DNA from: an uncultured Chloroflexia bacterium
Lineage (GTDB): Bacteria > Chloroflexota > Dehalococcoidia > GIF9 > UBA5629
Length of the DNA: 64,000 nt
Reading direction: 5' to 3'
Assembly (NCBI GenBank): GCA_963827985.1
Contig: CAWHDI010000043.1
Location: forward strand, 2,401-66,400
Part shown: in pieces, positions 51,182-62,005 of the stretch
Layout: each line of letters opens with the position of its first letter
How positions within the stretch are numbered: position 1 is the stretch's first letter
Program-made: the position numbers and the translations under genes
Notes under the pieces: model-generated
What the model was told of the DNA's origin: nothing
The model's database searches: none
The model's input: the letters and a program-made list of their open reading frames with translations, nothing else

Positions 51182-53092
51182 ATGCCGGAAGGAACAGCAA
51201 TGATCAGCATAGACGGTACACATTTTAAGGACGAGCGTGGAAGAAGACTCATCCTGCGGGGATCCAACCTGGATGCCAAGCTCCCCTGCTCCCCGGACGG
51301 GTCCACCCATATACCCGAGGGGTTCTTTGAGGCAAGCTCTGTTTCATTCGCCGGCAAACCATTCCCGCTCTACGAGGCCGACGAACATTTTGGCAGACTG
51401 AAACGCTGGGGCTTGAATTTCCTGAGATTCCCGATCTCGTGGGAGGCCATAGAGCACGAGGGACCGGGGATTTATGATGAGAAATACCTTGACTATCTAT
51501 TCGAAATAGTAAAAAAGGCGGGCGAGCACGGGATGCTGCTTTACATCGATCCGCACCAGGACGTCTGGAGCCGTTTCTCGGGGGGAGACGGGGCGCCTGC
51601 CTGGACTTTCGATGTCATCGGAATGGATGTCACGCGGTTCCAGCAAACGGGTGCCGCCGTCACGCACCAGGCATGCGGGGATGAATATCTGCCGCAGGTA
51701 TGGGCCACCAACGCACATAAGCTGGCCGCGGCCACGATGTTTACCCTGTTCTTCGGAGGCAACGTCTTCGCTCCTAAAACAAAGGTAAACGGGACGCCTG
51801 TACAGGAATACCTGCAACAGCATTACATAAACGCCATCAAACAGGCAGCGATGAGGTTGAAGGGTCTGCTCCACGTGCTGGGTTACGAGACTATGAACGA
51901 GCCCTGGAAAGGATACATCGACTGCCCCGACCTCAATTCAATGGCCTGGCATGAGTATAAGAACGGAGATACCCCGACTGCTTACCAGGGCATGTTGCTC
52001 GGCTCGGGGATACCCCAGCAAGTCGAGGTCTGGCGAGCTTTTCTGCCTAAACTGATGGAAAGAAAGACCATGAATGCTGACGGAGTTAAAGTCTGGAAGG
52101 ACGGCTACGACTGCGTATGGAGGAGCAACGGAGTCTGGGATCTCAATCCTGAAGGAAAACCCGTGCTCCTGCGTCCGGATTATTTCGCAAAGGTCAACGG
52201 GGAAAAGGTGGACTTTATCCGTGACCATATAAAACCGTTTTTTAACCGTTATGCCGAAGGAATCCGCTCGGTCGATCCGGATGCGATGATTTTCCTTACA
52301 CCACCCAACGACGAATATGACCTGCGGTCCTGGGGCGGCAGTGACGCCGGGAATACTGTCTATAAGCCGCACTGGTACGACGAGGTGCATTGGATTTCCA
52401 AGTCGTACATCCCCTGGCTGCACGCTTTCCTGGGCCGCGATAAGATCACAAAAAAAGTAATCGCCGGCACCCCGCGCATGATCCAAAGATCTTTCAATGA
52501 CCAGATGCGCCGGCTGAAGGAAATCGGGGCAAAACTGGGCGCCGGGATGCCGACCGTCATCGGAGAGACCGGGATTTGCTGCGACATGAACAAAAAGGAG
52601 GCCTACCGGACGGGCGACTACAAATACCATGTCAAGGTCTGGGACCGGATCTTCAGGGCGCTGGATGCCAACCTGCTGAACTACAACCTGTGGACATACA
52701 GCACTATCAACGATGTGGCTTATGGCGATCACTGGAACCTGGAAGATTTCTCCATATTCGGCAGGGACCAGCAGACCGACCCGAATGATCCTCACTCTGG
52801 GGGAAGGGCACTGAAGGCCGTAGTCAGGCCATATCCAAAGGCCGTCGCGGGTGAACCTCTTCACATCTCTTTCGATATTAACAGGCGGATTTTCAAATTC
52901 AAATTCAGACACGATCCTGCAGTTACAGCGCCAACGGAGATTTTCATCCCGGATTTTCAATATCCTGATGGTTACAAAGTGGAAGTTACCGACGGCAGCT
53001 ACGAAAAGGATCCTGCAGGCCAATTGCTTATGTACACACCAGGCAACAACGGCGCTTTGCACTCGATTACGGTGAGCCCCGAGAAAAAATAG
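51182..53092 (+). CDS. Glycoside hydrolase family 5, endoglycoceramidase/steryl-glucosidase-like, with C-terminal beta domain
   Basis: SWEAIEH.GPG.YD, DPHQDVWSRFSGGDGAP, catalytic NEP and IGETG, and VRPYP. Confidence 0.88.
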   Translation: MPEGTAMISIDGTHFKDERGRRLILRGSNLDAKLPCSPDGSTHIPEGFFEASSVSFAGKPFPLYEADEHFGRLKRWGLNFLRFPISWEAIEHEGPGIYDEKYLDYLFEIVKKAGEHGMLLYIDPHQDVWSRFSGGDGAPAWTFDVIGMDVTRFQQTGAAVTHQACGDEYLPQVWATNAHKLAAATMFTLFFGGNVFAPKTKVNGTPVQEYLQQHYINAIKQAAMRLKGLLHVLGYETMNEPWKGYIDCPDLNSMAWHEYKNGDTPTAYQGMLLGSGIPQQVEVWRAFLPKLMERKTMNADGVKVWKDGYDCVWRSNGVWDLNPEGKPVLLRPDYFAKVNGEKVDFIRDHIKPFFNRYAEGIRSVDPDAMIFLTPPNDEYDLRSWGGSDAGNTVYKPHWYDEVHWISKSYIPWLHAFLGRDKITKKVIAGTPRMIQRSFNDQMRRLKEIGAKLGAGMPTVIGETGICCDMNKKEAYRTGDYKYHVKVWDRIFRALDANLLNYNLWTYSTINDVAYGDHWNLEDFSIFGRDQQTDPNDPHSGGRALKAVVRPYPKAVAGEPLHISFDINRRIFKFKFRHDPAVTAPTEIFIPDFQYPDGYKVEVTDGSYEKDPAGQLLMYTPGNNGALHSITVSPEKK

Positions 53093-53171
53093 TTTTGCCG
53101 CGGGAAACCCCCTGGCTCATCGGCATAGTATAATCTTGTGGTGCAATATGAGAACTTGGGAGGTTTGAGTA

Positions 53172-54339
53172 ATGACAGGAGCAAGGAAGTCAGCCGCATT
53201 GGAATTCGAAATGAGAGAGTGGCGCCGTTACCTGCACGCCCATCCGGAGACCGCTTTTCAAGAACATAACACAGCCGCCTTCGTTGCCGAGAAGCTGAAG
53301 TCATTCGGTCTCAAGGTGCAGAGCGGCATCGGCGGAACGGGGGTCGTCGGTACGCTAAGTAGAGGAAAAGGGACCAAAGCAATTGGGCTGCGGGCTGACA
53401 TGGATGCGCTGGATATACAGGAAGAAAATGACCTCCCCCACAAATCAACCGTCCCCGGCAAAATGCACGCCTGCGGTCATGACGGGCACACGGCGATGCT
53501 GCTCGGAGCGGCGAAATACCTGGCTAACAATGAAACGTTTACCGGCACGGTGCAATTTATCTTTCAGCCTGCAGAGGAAAACGAGGCGGGCGGCAGGGCG
53601 ATGGTAGAAGACGGCCTGTTCAGCCGGTTCCCCGTAGACTCAGTCTTTGGATTGCATAATTTCCCAATATTGCCGGAAGGGAGCTTCGCCATCCGTTCAG
53701 GCCCCATTATGGCCGCTTTCGATGTATTCGAGATCGTCGTTAGAGGAGTCGGGGGGCACGCCGCCATGCCGCACAGTACACACGATCCCGTCGTCGCAGC
53801 GTCATATGCCGTGACGATGTTTCAGACAATCGTCAGCCGCAATTCAGACCCCTTGGAAGGCGCCGTGCTAAGCGTAACCGAAATCAAGGGAGGCACCACG
53901 TATAATGTCATTCCCGATACAGTCACTCTGAGGGGCACCACGCGCCATTTCAACCCCAACATCCAGAATATGATTGAATCACGCATGGGGGAAATCCTGA
54001 AGGGGGTTGAATTATCCATGGGCGTGACCACTGAATTGAAGTACATGCGCCGTTACCCGGCCGTGGTTAACACCGTGAAAGAGACGGATGAAGCGATAAA
54101 GACGGCGTCACTGGTTGCAGGGCAGGACAACGTTTTCACCAATATACCCCCGGTTATGGGCTCAGAGGATTTCTCATTCATGCTGCAGGCCAGGCCCGGG
54201 GCCTATATAGCCATAGGCGCCGGTATGCCCGGCACCGAACGGAATGCCCCACCGGTCGGGTTTCGATTTCAACGATAAAGTACTGACAACCGGCGCAGAC
54301 TACTGGATCACCCTGGCAGAATCGCTTCTGGGCAAATGA
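53172..54339 (+). CDS. M20D amidohydrolase (hippurate hydrolase-like); indel near 54235
   Basis: LHAHPE, LRADMDAL, MHACGHDGH, FQPAEE, GGHAAMPH and GSEDF. Confidence 0.92.
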
Positions 54340-54436
54340 ACATAATTTATGACCGTTTGCTCCGCCGTTGAACAAAAATAGTGCCGCGTACGCTTGTCTG
54401 TGACACGCGCCCGCGCATCCCCGGCCCGGGAGCTTT

Positions 54437-55183
54437 CTAAGCCTGGATCCTCTCGAAAAGATAGCTCCCGATACCGAGCAAGATCACTGCAATTGCAGTG
54501 ACGACGAGCATGTCGATGCCCAGCCCGAAAGTGCCTGCGCCGATCAAGGATTCCCGGATACCGTCGATTCCGTAGGTAAGGGGATCAAGCCTGGTTATTA
54601 CTTCCATTGCCTTGGGCAGCCCCTGGAGCGGGAACAACGACCCGGACAGGAAAAAGATCGGCATCACCAGGAAATTCATGATCAGCTGGAACCCCTGCAT
54701 GTCTTCAAGCCTGGAAGCAATGGCAATACCCAGCGAAGTGAACAGAAGGGCGACCAGAAAGACAAACACGGCTGCAACCGGCAGCATAAGAAAGTTCTGC
54801 ACCTTGAAGCCGACAATCAGCGACAGGATGAAAACGATTACCCCCTGAAACGAGGCTACCGTGGCGCCGCCCAGCGTTTTCCCGAGCATAATCTGCCACC
54901 TTGGGACCGGCGCCACCATAGTTTCCTTCAAAAAGCCGAACTGCCTGTCCCAAATCAGGTCTATGCCTGAAAACACCGCAGTGAATAGCACGCTCATCAT
55001 GATAATACCCGGGGCCAGGAACTGAATATAATCTCCCTGCCCGGCCTGTTTAAAAATGGACCCGAAGCCAAACCCGAAAACCAGCAGGAAAAGCAGGGGC
55101 TGACCCAGCGAACCAATAATGCGGGATGGTGTGCGGAAATATTTTTTAACCTGTCGAAGCCACAGTATATACATTGTACTCAT
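54437..55183 (-). CDS. ABC-2 type transporter permease
   Basis: YIQFLAPG, DRQFGFLKE..APV, FFLSGSLFP and DPLTYGIDG. Confidence 0.9.
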   Translation of the reverse strand: MSTMYILWLRQVKKYFRTPSRIIGSLGQPLLFLLVFGFGFGSIFKQAGQGDYIQFLAPGIIMMSVLFTAVFSGIDLIWDRQFGFLKETMVAPVPRWQIMLGKTLGGATVASFQGVIVFILSLIVGFKVQNFLMLPVAAVFVFLVALLFTSLGIAIASRLEDMQGFQLIMNFLVMPIFFLSGSLFPLQGLPKAMEVITRLDPLTYGIDGIRESLIGAGTFGLGIDMLVVTAIAVILLGIGSYLFERIQA

Positions 55184-55997
55184 TAACGTCGCCCCCATAA
55201 TTTTTGCATTGCTCTCATTCTGCCGGTACCATTCACCTGTTCTTCCCTGATGGTGCTCCCGGTAATGGCTATAAAGGCCTCTTCCAGAGAACTTGTCTTT
55301 GTCTTATTCTCCAGCTCCGCCAGGCTACCTATAGCTACGATTTTGCCATGGTCGATGATGGCAATCCTGTCGGCGACCTTTTCCGCCTCCGCCATATAGT
55401 GCGTGGTAAAGAAGACGGTCATATTCTCCTTTTCACTGATATCTTTGAGATAGCTCCAGATGTGATTCCTGGTCTGCGGGTCCAATCCGAGCGTAGGTTC
55501 ATCCAGGAACATGATTTTGGGGTGATGAAGTAACCCTCTCGCCACTTCCAGTCTGCGCTTCATGCCGCCGGAGAAAGTCTTTACCATGTCGTTCCTGCGG
55601 TCCCAGAGCTCGACAAAGTTTAGAAGCTCTCGATTCTTTTATCTCTGACTTCCTTCGGTACTTTGTACAGCACCGCATGGTACTGCATGTTTTCCAAAGC
55701 AGTAAGATCGCTATCCAGGCTGGGGTCCTGAAAGACAATGCCGAAAGACTTGCGGACAGCATCTTTGTTTTTGGCTGGGTCATTGCCGTTTATCGTCACC
55801 TTGCCGCTGGTGGGCTTGAGCAACGTGGTAAGCATCTGAATCGTCGTGGATTTGCCTGCCCCGTTGGGACCCAGGAAGGCGAAAATTTCGCCCATTTTCA
55901 CGTTGAAAGAGATGTTGTCGACAGCCGCGAAATCCTTGAATTTTTTGGTCAATCCTGACACAGAAATGATGTTGCCATCTTGCTGGTTCAAATTCAT
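55183..55997 (-). CDS. ABC ATP-binding protein (DrrA-like); indel near 55600
   Basis: Walker A GPNGAGKST in ORF 55620-55997. FSGGMKRRL and FLDEPT in ORF 55183-55587. Confidence 0.9.
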
Positions 55998-56470
55998 TTA
56001 TTGGTCTCCTTTATGTTGGAAGGGACATTCGCTTTCATCAAAAGCCTGGTCAACTGTATTATCTCGTCATCACTCAGAGAATCGAAAACCCTGCTTACTG
56101 ATGTAAAGTAGTCCTTCTTAAACTCCTTAAAATTATCGTTTGCATATTCCGTCAACTGGATGCGTAACAGCCTGCGGTCGTTACGGTCTTCTTCCCGCTT
56201 TACCAGGCCCTTTTCTACGAGAGAGTCGATAAATTGGCTAACCGCACCCGGCGTGACACCCCTTTCTTCGGCCAGTTCCTTAACGGATACGCCCTCCGGT
56301 TTGCTCGCAATGCGGAATAATATACCTACCTGCGGCGGACCAACCATAAACTCACCAAACCGCAACCCCTGGCCAGCATACATGCCCCTCATGACGAAAC
56401 GCATTTTCTCCATCAGGGCCCTTAGCAGCTCTTCCCTTGTTTTATTCATCTGCTCAATTCTCTTTGTCAT
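55994..56470 (-). CDS. MarR family transcriptional regulator
   Basis: ELAEERGVTPGAVSQFIDSLVEKGLVKREED.NDRR winged HTH. Confidence 0.92.
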   Translation of the reverse strand: MTKRIEQMNKTREELLRALMEKMRFVMRGMYAGQGLRFGEFMVGPPQVGILFRIASKPEGVSVKELAEERGVTPGAVSQFIDSLVEKGLVKREEDRNDRRLLRIQLTEYANDNFKEFKKDYFTSVSRVFDSLSDDEIIQLTRLLMKANVPSNIKETNK

Positions 56471-56475
56471 ATTAA

Positions 56476-56505
56476 TTTAGCACCTTATTATATTAGTACC
56501 TAAAC
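56476..56505. promoter_or_regulatory. Putative MarR autoregulatory operator (two TTAG-N3-CTAA-like boxes)
   Basis: TTTAGCACCTTA and ATTAGTACCTAA immediately upstream of the marR start. Confidence 0.5.
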
Positions 56506-56572
56506 TATTATTATGCAAATTTTACTGCTAAAAGGGAGTAATCCGGCATATTTGGATGGTATAATCTTGGGC

Positions 56573-57178
56573 ATGAGCAACTTGATTGATTCTTTTGTAC
56601 GGACCTTTATACCCTTGTTCATCGTCATCAATGCCTTTGACAAGATACCTGTTATCATGTCGCTGAGCGGAGATATGTCACGACACGAGCGTCGCATGAT
56701 GATCCACACGGCCACTATAACGGCCGCCATTGTCGGGCTGGTCTTCCTTTTTTTCGGCCAGTTCATCCTTAGTGTGATGGGCATATCGATAGGTTCCTTT
56801 GCCATAGCCGGCGGCATCATATTGCTGATACTTGCCATAAGATACATGATCTCAGGCCGCATGCTGGACGTAGTGAAGGAAGAAATGGTGGCAATCGTAC
56901 CAATCGGGACCCCACTGACCGTAGGACCGGGCACCATGACCGCTTTGCTGCTGCTATCAACGCAATTCCCCCTATGGATCGTATTGGTGTCCCTTGCAAT
57001 TAATATTGCCATCGCCTGGGTGGTTTTCCTTGCCAGCGATCCCATTATGAGGTTCATGGGCCAGGGAGGAATCAAGGCAATGTCCAAGGTATTCAGCCTC
57101 CTGTTGGCGGCGATTGCGATCAATATGATGATCAAAGGGCTTACCCTGTGTGAAATAATAAAATTGCCCTCCCTGTAG
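56573..57178 (+). CDS. MarC family membrane protein
   Basis: SFAIAGGIILLILA, AIVPIGTPLTVGPG and KVFSLLLAAIA. Confidence 0.9.
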   Translation: MSNLIDSFVRTFIPLFIVINAFDKIPVIMSLSGDMSRHERRMMIHTATITAAIVGLVFLFFGQFILSVMGISIGSFAIAGGIILLILAIRYMISGRMLDVVKEEMVAIVPIGTPLTVGPGTMTALLLLSTQFPLWIVLVSLAINIAIAWVVFLASDPIMRFMGQGGIKAMSKVFSLLLAAIAINMMIKGLTLCEIIKLPSL

Positions 57179-57267
57179 CAGGCTTCCTCCGAAAGCTGCG
57201 ACCACCACCCTGTTCAGGCACACAGATGCCGGCAAATCCAGCAGCAAAACTTCTATCTGCCGTCCAT

Positions 57268-57328
57268 TTGCATGCGCCCGTTTTTTATGCCATAATTAAG
57301 CAAGCTTAAATTAAGCTTGCTTAATTAT
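57268..57328 (+). promoter_or_regulatory. Promoter plus 37-bp perfect palindromic double operator for the DtxR-family regulator
   Basis: TTGCAT, 17 nt, TGcCATAAT. ATAATTAAGCAAGCTTAA-A-TTAAGCTTGCTTAATTAT spans 57292-57328. Confidence 0.85.
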
Positions 57329-57341
57329 TTGGGGGCACAAA

Positions 57342-58253
57342 ATGGAAAGTGAAAGAACAGAGGAATACCTGGAAGCGATATACAAGAGACTGCGCAAGGA
57401 GACCCCGGTTTCCACATCCTCCCTGGCGGTTGACCTGGGAGTGTCACAACCTGCCGTCACGGATATGCTGCGACACCTGGAAGACAAAGGACTGATCGAC
57501 TATAAAACCAGCAAGGGGGCGGTGCTGACACAATCCGGCGAAGAAAGGGCGCTGGCGGTGATAAGACGTCATCGCCTGTGGGAGAGGTTCCTGACGGACG
57601 TGCTCGGCATGAAGTGGGACAAGGTACATGAGGAAGCCTGCAGGCTCGAGCATGCCACGTCACCGGACATCGAGAAAGGTTTATCGAACATTCTTGGCGA
57701 TGTCGATACCTGCCCTCACGGACACGCCATACCTGATGAAAGTGGAAAGATAAAACTGGAAAAATCCACTGTTCTTTCGGAGTATCATCCACACCAGAAA
57801 GTGCGGATCCTGGCCGTAGATAATGAAGATTCGAAAATATTGAGAGGCATCGAAAAGCAGGGGCTCAAGCCCGGCGCTATCGTGACTATTTTGAAAAGGA
57901 ACAAAGACGGCTCGCTGGAAATAGAGCACGACAAAGAGAAACTCGCCCTGTCCGAAGCAACGGCCTCAGTTCTCACGGCGGAGCCGGCGGTCCTGGGAGT
58001 TCCGGCACAGGAAGAAGAGGAAATTCCGCTGGGGAAACTGGCCCAGGGTGAGAGTGCGGTTATCAGGTGCTATGCCGGTGGACGTGGTTCGATGGGACGA
58101 TGCCTGTCGCTGGGATTTACGCCCGGCAGCTCAATTAAAATGATCGAAAACTATAATCGCGGCCCTGTTCTGGTCAGGGTGCACGATACTGAAGTGGCCA
58201 TAGGCAGGCAACTCGCCGAAAAAATATCGGTGGTCCGGAAGGAAGCCAAATGA
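57342..58253 (+). CDS. DtxR/MntR family metal-dependent repressor with two FeoA/SH3-like domains
   Basis: EEYLEAIY, IRRHRLWERFL and EEACRLEH. A first SH3-like domain with GLKPG and a second FeoA (RCLSLGFTPG, GPVLVRV, AIGRQLA). Confidence 0.92.
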   Translation: MESERTEEYLEAIYKRLRKETPVSTSSLAVDLGVSQPAVTDMLRHLEDKGLIDYKTSKGAVLTQSGEERALAVIRRHRLWERFLTDVLGMKWDKVHEEACRLEHATSPDIEKGLSNILGDVDTCPHGHAIPDESGKIKLEKSTVLSEYHPHQKVRILAVDNEDSKILRGIEKQGLKPGAIVTILKRNKDGSLEIEHDKEKLALSEATASVLTAEPAVLGVPAQEEEEIPLGKLAQGESAVIRCYAGGRGSMGRCLSLGFTPGSSIKMIENYNRGPVLVRVHDTEVAIGRQLAEKISVVRKEAK

Positions 58254-60253
58254 TAGAAGAGGGCACGAGAGAGAAGGTAATTACCGTCGCCCTGGCCGGC
58301 GCTCCCAATGTCGGTAAAAGCACGGTCTTTAACCTGCTGACCGGCCTTTCCCAACACGTGGGGAACTGGCCGGGCAAGACGGTCGAGCAAAAGACGGGGG
58401 TATTCCGCCAGGGCGACCTGACGATGAATATTGTGGATTTGCCGGGCACTTACAGCCTGACGGCCAATTCGGCGGAGGAACAGATCGCCAGGGACTACCT
58501 GGTGAACGAAAACCCGGACGTCGTGGTGGCGGTGCTCAATGCCGCCAGCCTGGAGCGAAACCTGTACCTGGTTGCCGAGCTGATCGAGCTGGCGCCCTGC
58601 CTGATTATTGCATTGAATATGATTGATGTCGCAGCGCAGCAGGGAATAAAGATCAATGCTGAATTGCTGGCAACAACGCTGAATATCCCGGTAATACCGA
58701 TTGTGGCCCGCGCCAACAAGGGACTTCGTGAGCTGGTAAGCCAGATCGAACAGGAATGCGGCGCAGCGGCCGGCTTACGCGACGTGAAACACATCGAGTT
58801 CGGCACCGCTATAAAAGGCGTCATAGACCATGTGGCGGGACTGCTGGATGACGGCGTAACGGACCCCTACCCGAGACATTGGGCGGCCATGAAGCTGCTG
58901 GAGGGCGACGGCCAGATCAACAAGCTGATCAGGGGACGGATTCCGGAGGAACGTTGGCCTGCGCTGGAGTCCTATTTAAGGGAGAATGAATCGGCTGCGG
59001 TAACTATCGCCACTCTTCGCTACGAGTGGGTTTTAAGAATGATGGCGGTGGCCCAGGAAAAACGCCGCGTCGGCCAGGTCTCGCTGACGGAGAGAATCGA
59101 CCGCGCCGCTACACATCCTTTATGGGGCCTGTTCATACTGGTGGGCGTGCTCGGTGCTATCTTCTGGCTGGTCTTTAGCATCGGTGTCCCGATACAGAAA
59201 TTCCTCGACGTCAATTTGATTGTGCGGGCCCGGGAATATATTTACACACTTGCTTTTATGCCGCACTGGCTTCAGGGCTTCCTGGCCGACGGCGTGCTGA
59301 GCGGCGCAGGAACAGTGCTCACATTTGTGCCGATACTGTTCTTTTTCTTCGCCGCATGGGCAATCATGGAGGATACCGGCTATACGGCCCGGGCGGCTTT
59401 CGTTACGGATAGATTTATGCATGCGCTGGGACTCCACGGCAAGTCCTGCCTGCCGCTGGTCCTCGGGTTCGGGTGCAACGTGCCCGCCATCCTGGGAACA
59501 CGCATCATCGACTCGCCACGGGCCCGCCTTCTCACGATATTGATAACGCCGCTGGTGCCTTGCACCGGCAGAATGGCCGTAGTCGCTATAATTGCCGCCG
59601 CCTTTTTCGGAGGAGCAGCAGTACTGGTCTCCATCGGGATGATCATATTCAGCCTGTTGTTACTGGTGTTAGTCGGCCTGATACTCAATAAGTTCGTCAT
59701 ACGCGGGGAGAGCAGCGCCCTCATTATGGAGCTGCCTCTTTACCACGTCCCGGACCTGAAACTCATAGGGCTGGTTACCTGGCAAAGCCTGCTGGCCTTT
59801 ATCAAGCGCGCAGGCACAGTCATCCTGGCGGTATCCATCCTTGTGTGGCTGCTATCGATAATACCCAACGGCAATATCAACGACAGCTTGCTGGCCGGCA
59901 TAGGAAAATTCCTGGAACCGCTGGGCCGCCTGATGGGATTTAACTGGCAAATGATGGTAGCACTCCTTTCCAGCTTCGTGGCCAAGGAAAATACGATCGC
60001 CACGCTGGGCGTAATGCTGAGCGGGACCGGCACTGATCTTACCCAGCAATTGAGACAGATGCTGACCCCGGCTGCCGCCGTGGCCTTCCTGGTAGTGCAG
60101 GTGCTGTTCATACCCTGCGTCGCCACCATAACAGCAATCCGGCAGGAAACCGGGGGCTGGCGATGGCCGACCTTTACCGTATTCTTCCAACTGGTGCTGT
60201 CTTTTTCAATGGCAATCCTGGTATTCCAGGTAATACGGTTATTCCAGGGATAA
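58250..60253 (+). CDS. feoB: Ferrous iron transporter FeoB
   Basis: GAPNVGKST, GNWPGKTVE, DLPGTYSL, LGFGCNVPA, VPCTGR, IMELP and SFVAKE. Confidence 0.96.
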   Translation: MIEEGTREKVITVALAGAPNVGKSTVFNLLTGLSQHVGNWPGKTVEQKTGVFRQGDLTMNIVDLPGTYSLTANSAEEQIARDYLVNENPDVVVAVLNAASLERNLYLVAELIELAPCLIIALNMIDVAAQQGIKINAELLATTLNIPVIPIVARANKGLRELVSQIEQECGAAAGLRDVKHIEFGTAIKGVIDHVAGLLDDGVTDPYPRHWAAMKLLEGDGQINKLIRGRIPEERWPALESYLRENESAAVTIATLRYEWVLRMMAVAQEKRRVGQVSLTERIDRAATHPLWGLFILVGVLGAIFWLVFSIGVPIQKFLDVNLIVRAREYIYTLAFMPHWLQGFLADGVLSGAGTVLTFVPILFFFFAAWAIMEDTGYTARAAFVTDRFMHALGLHGKSCLPLVLGFGCNVPAILGTRIIDSPRARLLTILITPLVPCTGRMAVVAIIAAAFFGGAAVLVSIGMIIFSLLLLVLVGLILNKFVIRGESSALIMELPLYHVPDLKLIGLVTWQSLLAFIKRAGTVILAVSILVWLLSIIPNGNINDSLLAGIGKFLEPLGRLMGFNWQMMVALLSSFVAKENTIATLGVMLSGTGTDLTQQLRQMLTPAAAVAFLVVQVLFIPCVATITAIRQETGGWRWPTFTVFFQLVLSFSMAILVFQVIRLFQG

Positions 60254-60259
60254 CAACCA

Positions 60260-61694
60260 GGTTGGCCGGCTCAGCGGCTAGAGGGACCGCGGCGGGATAT
60301 TTGTCTGCCCAGGGCGAAACATTTTCGAATGCGGCAGCCGCTCTCAGCACCGCAGCATCGTCGAACCGTTTGCCTACAATCTGAAGGCCGACGGGCAGGC
60401 CGGCATCGGTGAAGCCGCATGGTACTGAAGCCGCCGGTTGACCCGTCACATTGAACGGATACGTGAAGGCCATCCAGGCGAGGGGCGAGGCCTTCTTACC
60501 TGCGATTTCCCTGGGACCGTAACGGCCCGACTGGAAAGGTTGAACGGCAACGGTCGGAGTCAGCAGAAGGTCGAATTTCTCAAAAAGAGCATTCATCTTC
60601 TTCCAGTATGCCAGCAGTTCCCACCATGCTGCCAGGTACTCACCGGCAAGTTTATCCTTGCTGATGTTGACAAAGAGAGCCAGGCCCGGATCGATCTTGT
60701 CTCCCCACTGATTCATCTGATCTTTCAAGAGGGCCGCCAGCTGGACACCTACGTAGGTAGAGAAGGCCTTTTCAGGGTCCTCGAAATTGAGGGACGGCAT
60801 TTCCACAGACGCACCCAGTGAAGAGAAGGCTTCAACCGCATCCCGGGTTATCTTCAAAACCTGCGGGTCTGCCGTTGCGTAGCCAAGGTCCGGGCTCCAG
60901 GCTATCTTCAGTCCTTTTACGCCTTTATCAAGCGTGCTCAAATAAGATAAGGATGTCTCAGGGAGAGAAAAACAATCTCTGTCATCCCGTCCTGCAATTA
61001 TCTCCATTGCCAGAGCTGCGTCGCTTACGGTACGGGTAATAGGCCCGGTGTGGGCCAGCATCTCCCAACCCGGAAAGCCTGGCCCTCTGGGTACACGGCC
61101 AAAAGAAGGCTTGAATCCGAATACGCCGCAAAAACTGGCAGGCACACGTATGGACCCGCCACCGTCGCTCCCAATTGCCAGGGGACCCATGCCGGAAGCT
61201 ACCGCGGCGGCCGCCCCTCCGCTGGACCCCCCAGGGGTTAGCTCTAAATTCCAGGGATTGCGGGTAGCGCCGAAAAGCCGGTTATGAGTTATGGCGGCCC
61301 AGCCGAACTCGGAGGAATTAGTCTTACCCACAACGATTGCTCCCGCCGCCTCCAGCCTCTCCACAACCACATCGTTCTCCTGCGGAACAAGCCCCGCAAA
61401 TATCTCCGAGCCTCCGGTGGTGCGTATCCCCCTGGTAAAGATCAGGTCTTTGATCGAGACTGGGACCCCATGGAGAGGACCAAGTTTATCCCCCCTCGCG
61501 ACAGCGGCCTCTGCTTTGACCGCCTGTTCCCTGGCGTTTTCGGCCGCTAAAGTGCAAAAGGCATTCACCCCGGGGTTCAATTGCCCGATGCGGCTCAATA
61601 CGGCATCCATTACCTCAACGGGAGACAGCTTGCGGGCTCGAACGGCTTTCGACATGTCCAGGGCAGACATGCGGCAAATCTCCGAATTATCCAT
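60260..61694 (-). CDS. Amidase signature (GatA-like) enzyme
   Basis: GVPVSIKD, GGSSGG, GSDGGGSIRVPA, FTYPFN.TGQPA and GLPVGLQIVG. Start MDNSE after GGAGG. The 3' end is uncertain because the ORF runs into feoB to 60174. Confidence 0.9.
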
Positions 61695-62005
61695 ACCCGC
61701 CTCCAAAACGTTTTCAACTATAATAGCGGTTCTTCCGCCAATAAGCACGCCAGTTTGCCAGAACGGTTCTATAGTAATGTTGTGACCCATTTTTTCAATA
61801 CACACGCATAGGAGACTATATTTCACCGGGTACCTCACATTGCGCCAGTTTATTCTAATATGAACATTGCATAATTATGTTCCTATACGTTTATACAATG
61901 TTTTGAGCTTGTTAGCTCACTTTTGTTCAACCTGCGGTGCTTATCAGCCCGGCATCCAGTATGGCAATATGAGTAACAAATTTTTTCTTATAGGAGAGGT
62001 AGCGT

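Noticed and set aside
51146-51190. c-di-GMP-I riboswitch-like GCAAACC..GAAA upstream of the GH5 gene
   Set aside because: The required stem does not pair and the conserved GGGACGCAAAGC segment is missing.
60174-60260. 80-nt convergent overlap of the amidase with feoB (similar run-ons at 28911-29081 and 9425-9572)
   Set aside because: The tails carry no family motif and out-of-frame stops lie nearby, so these are most likely indel-caused run-ons.
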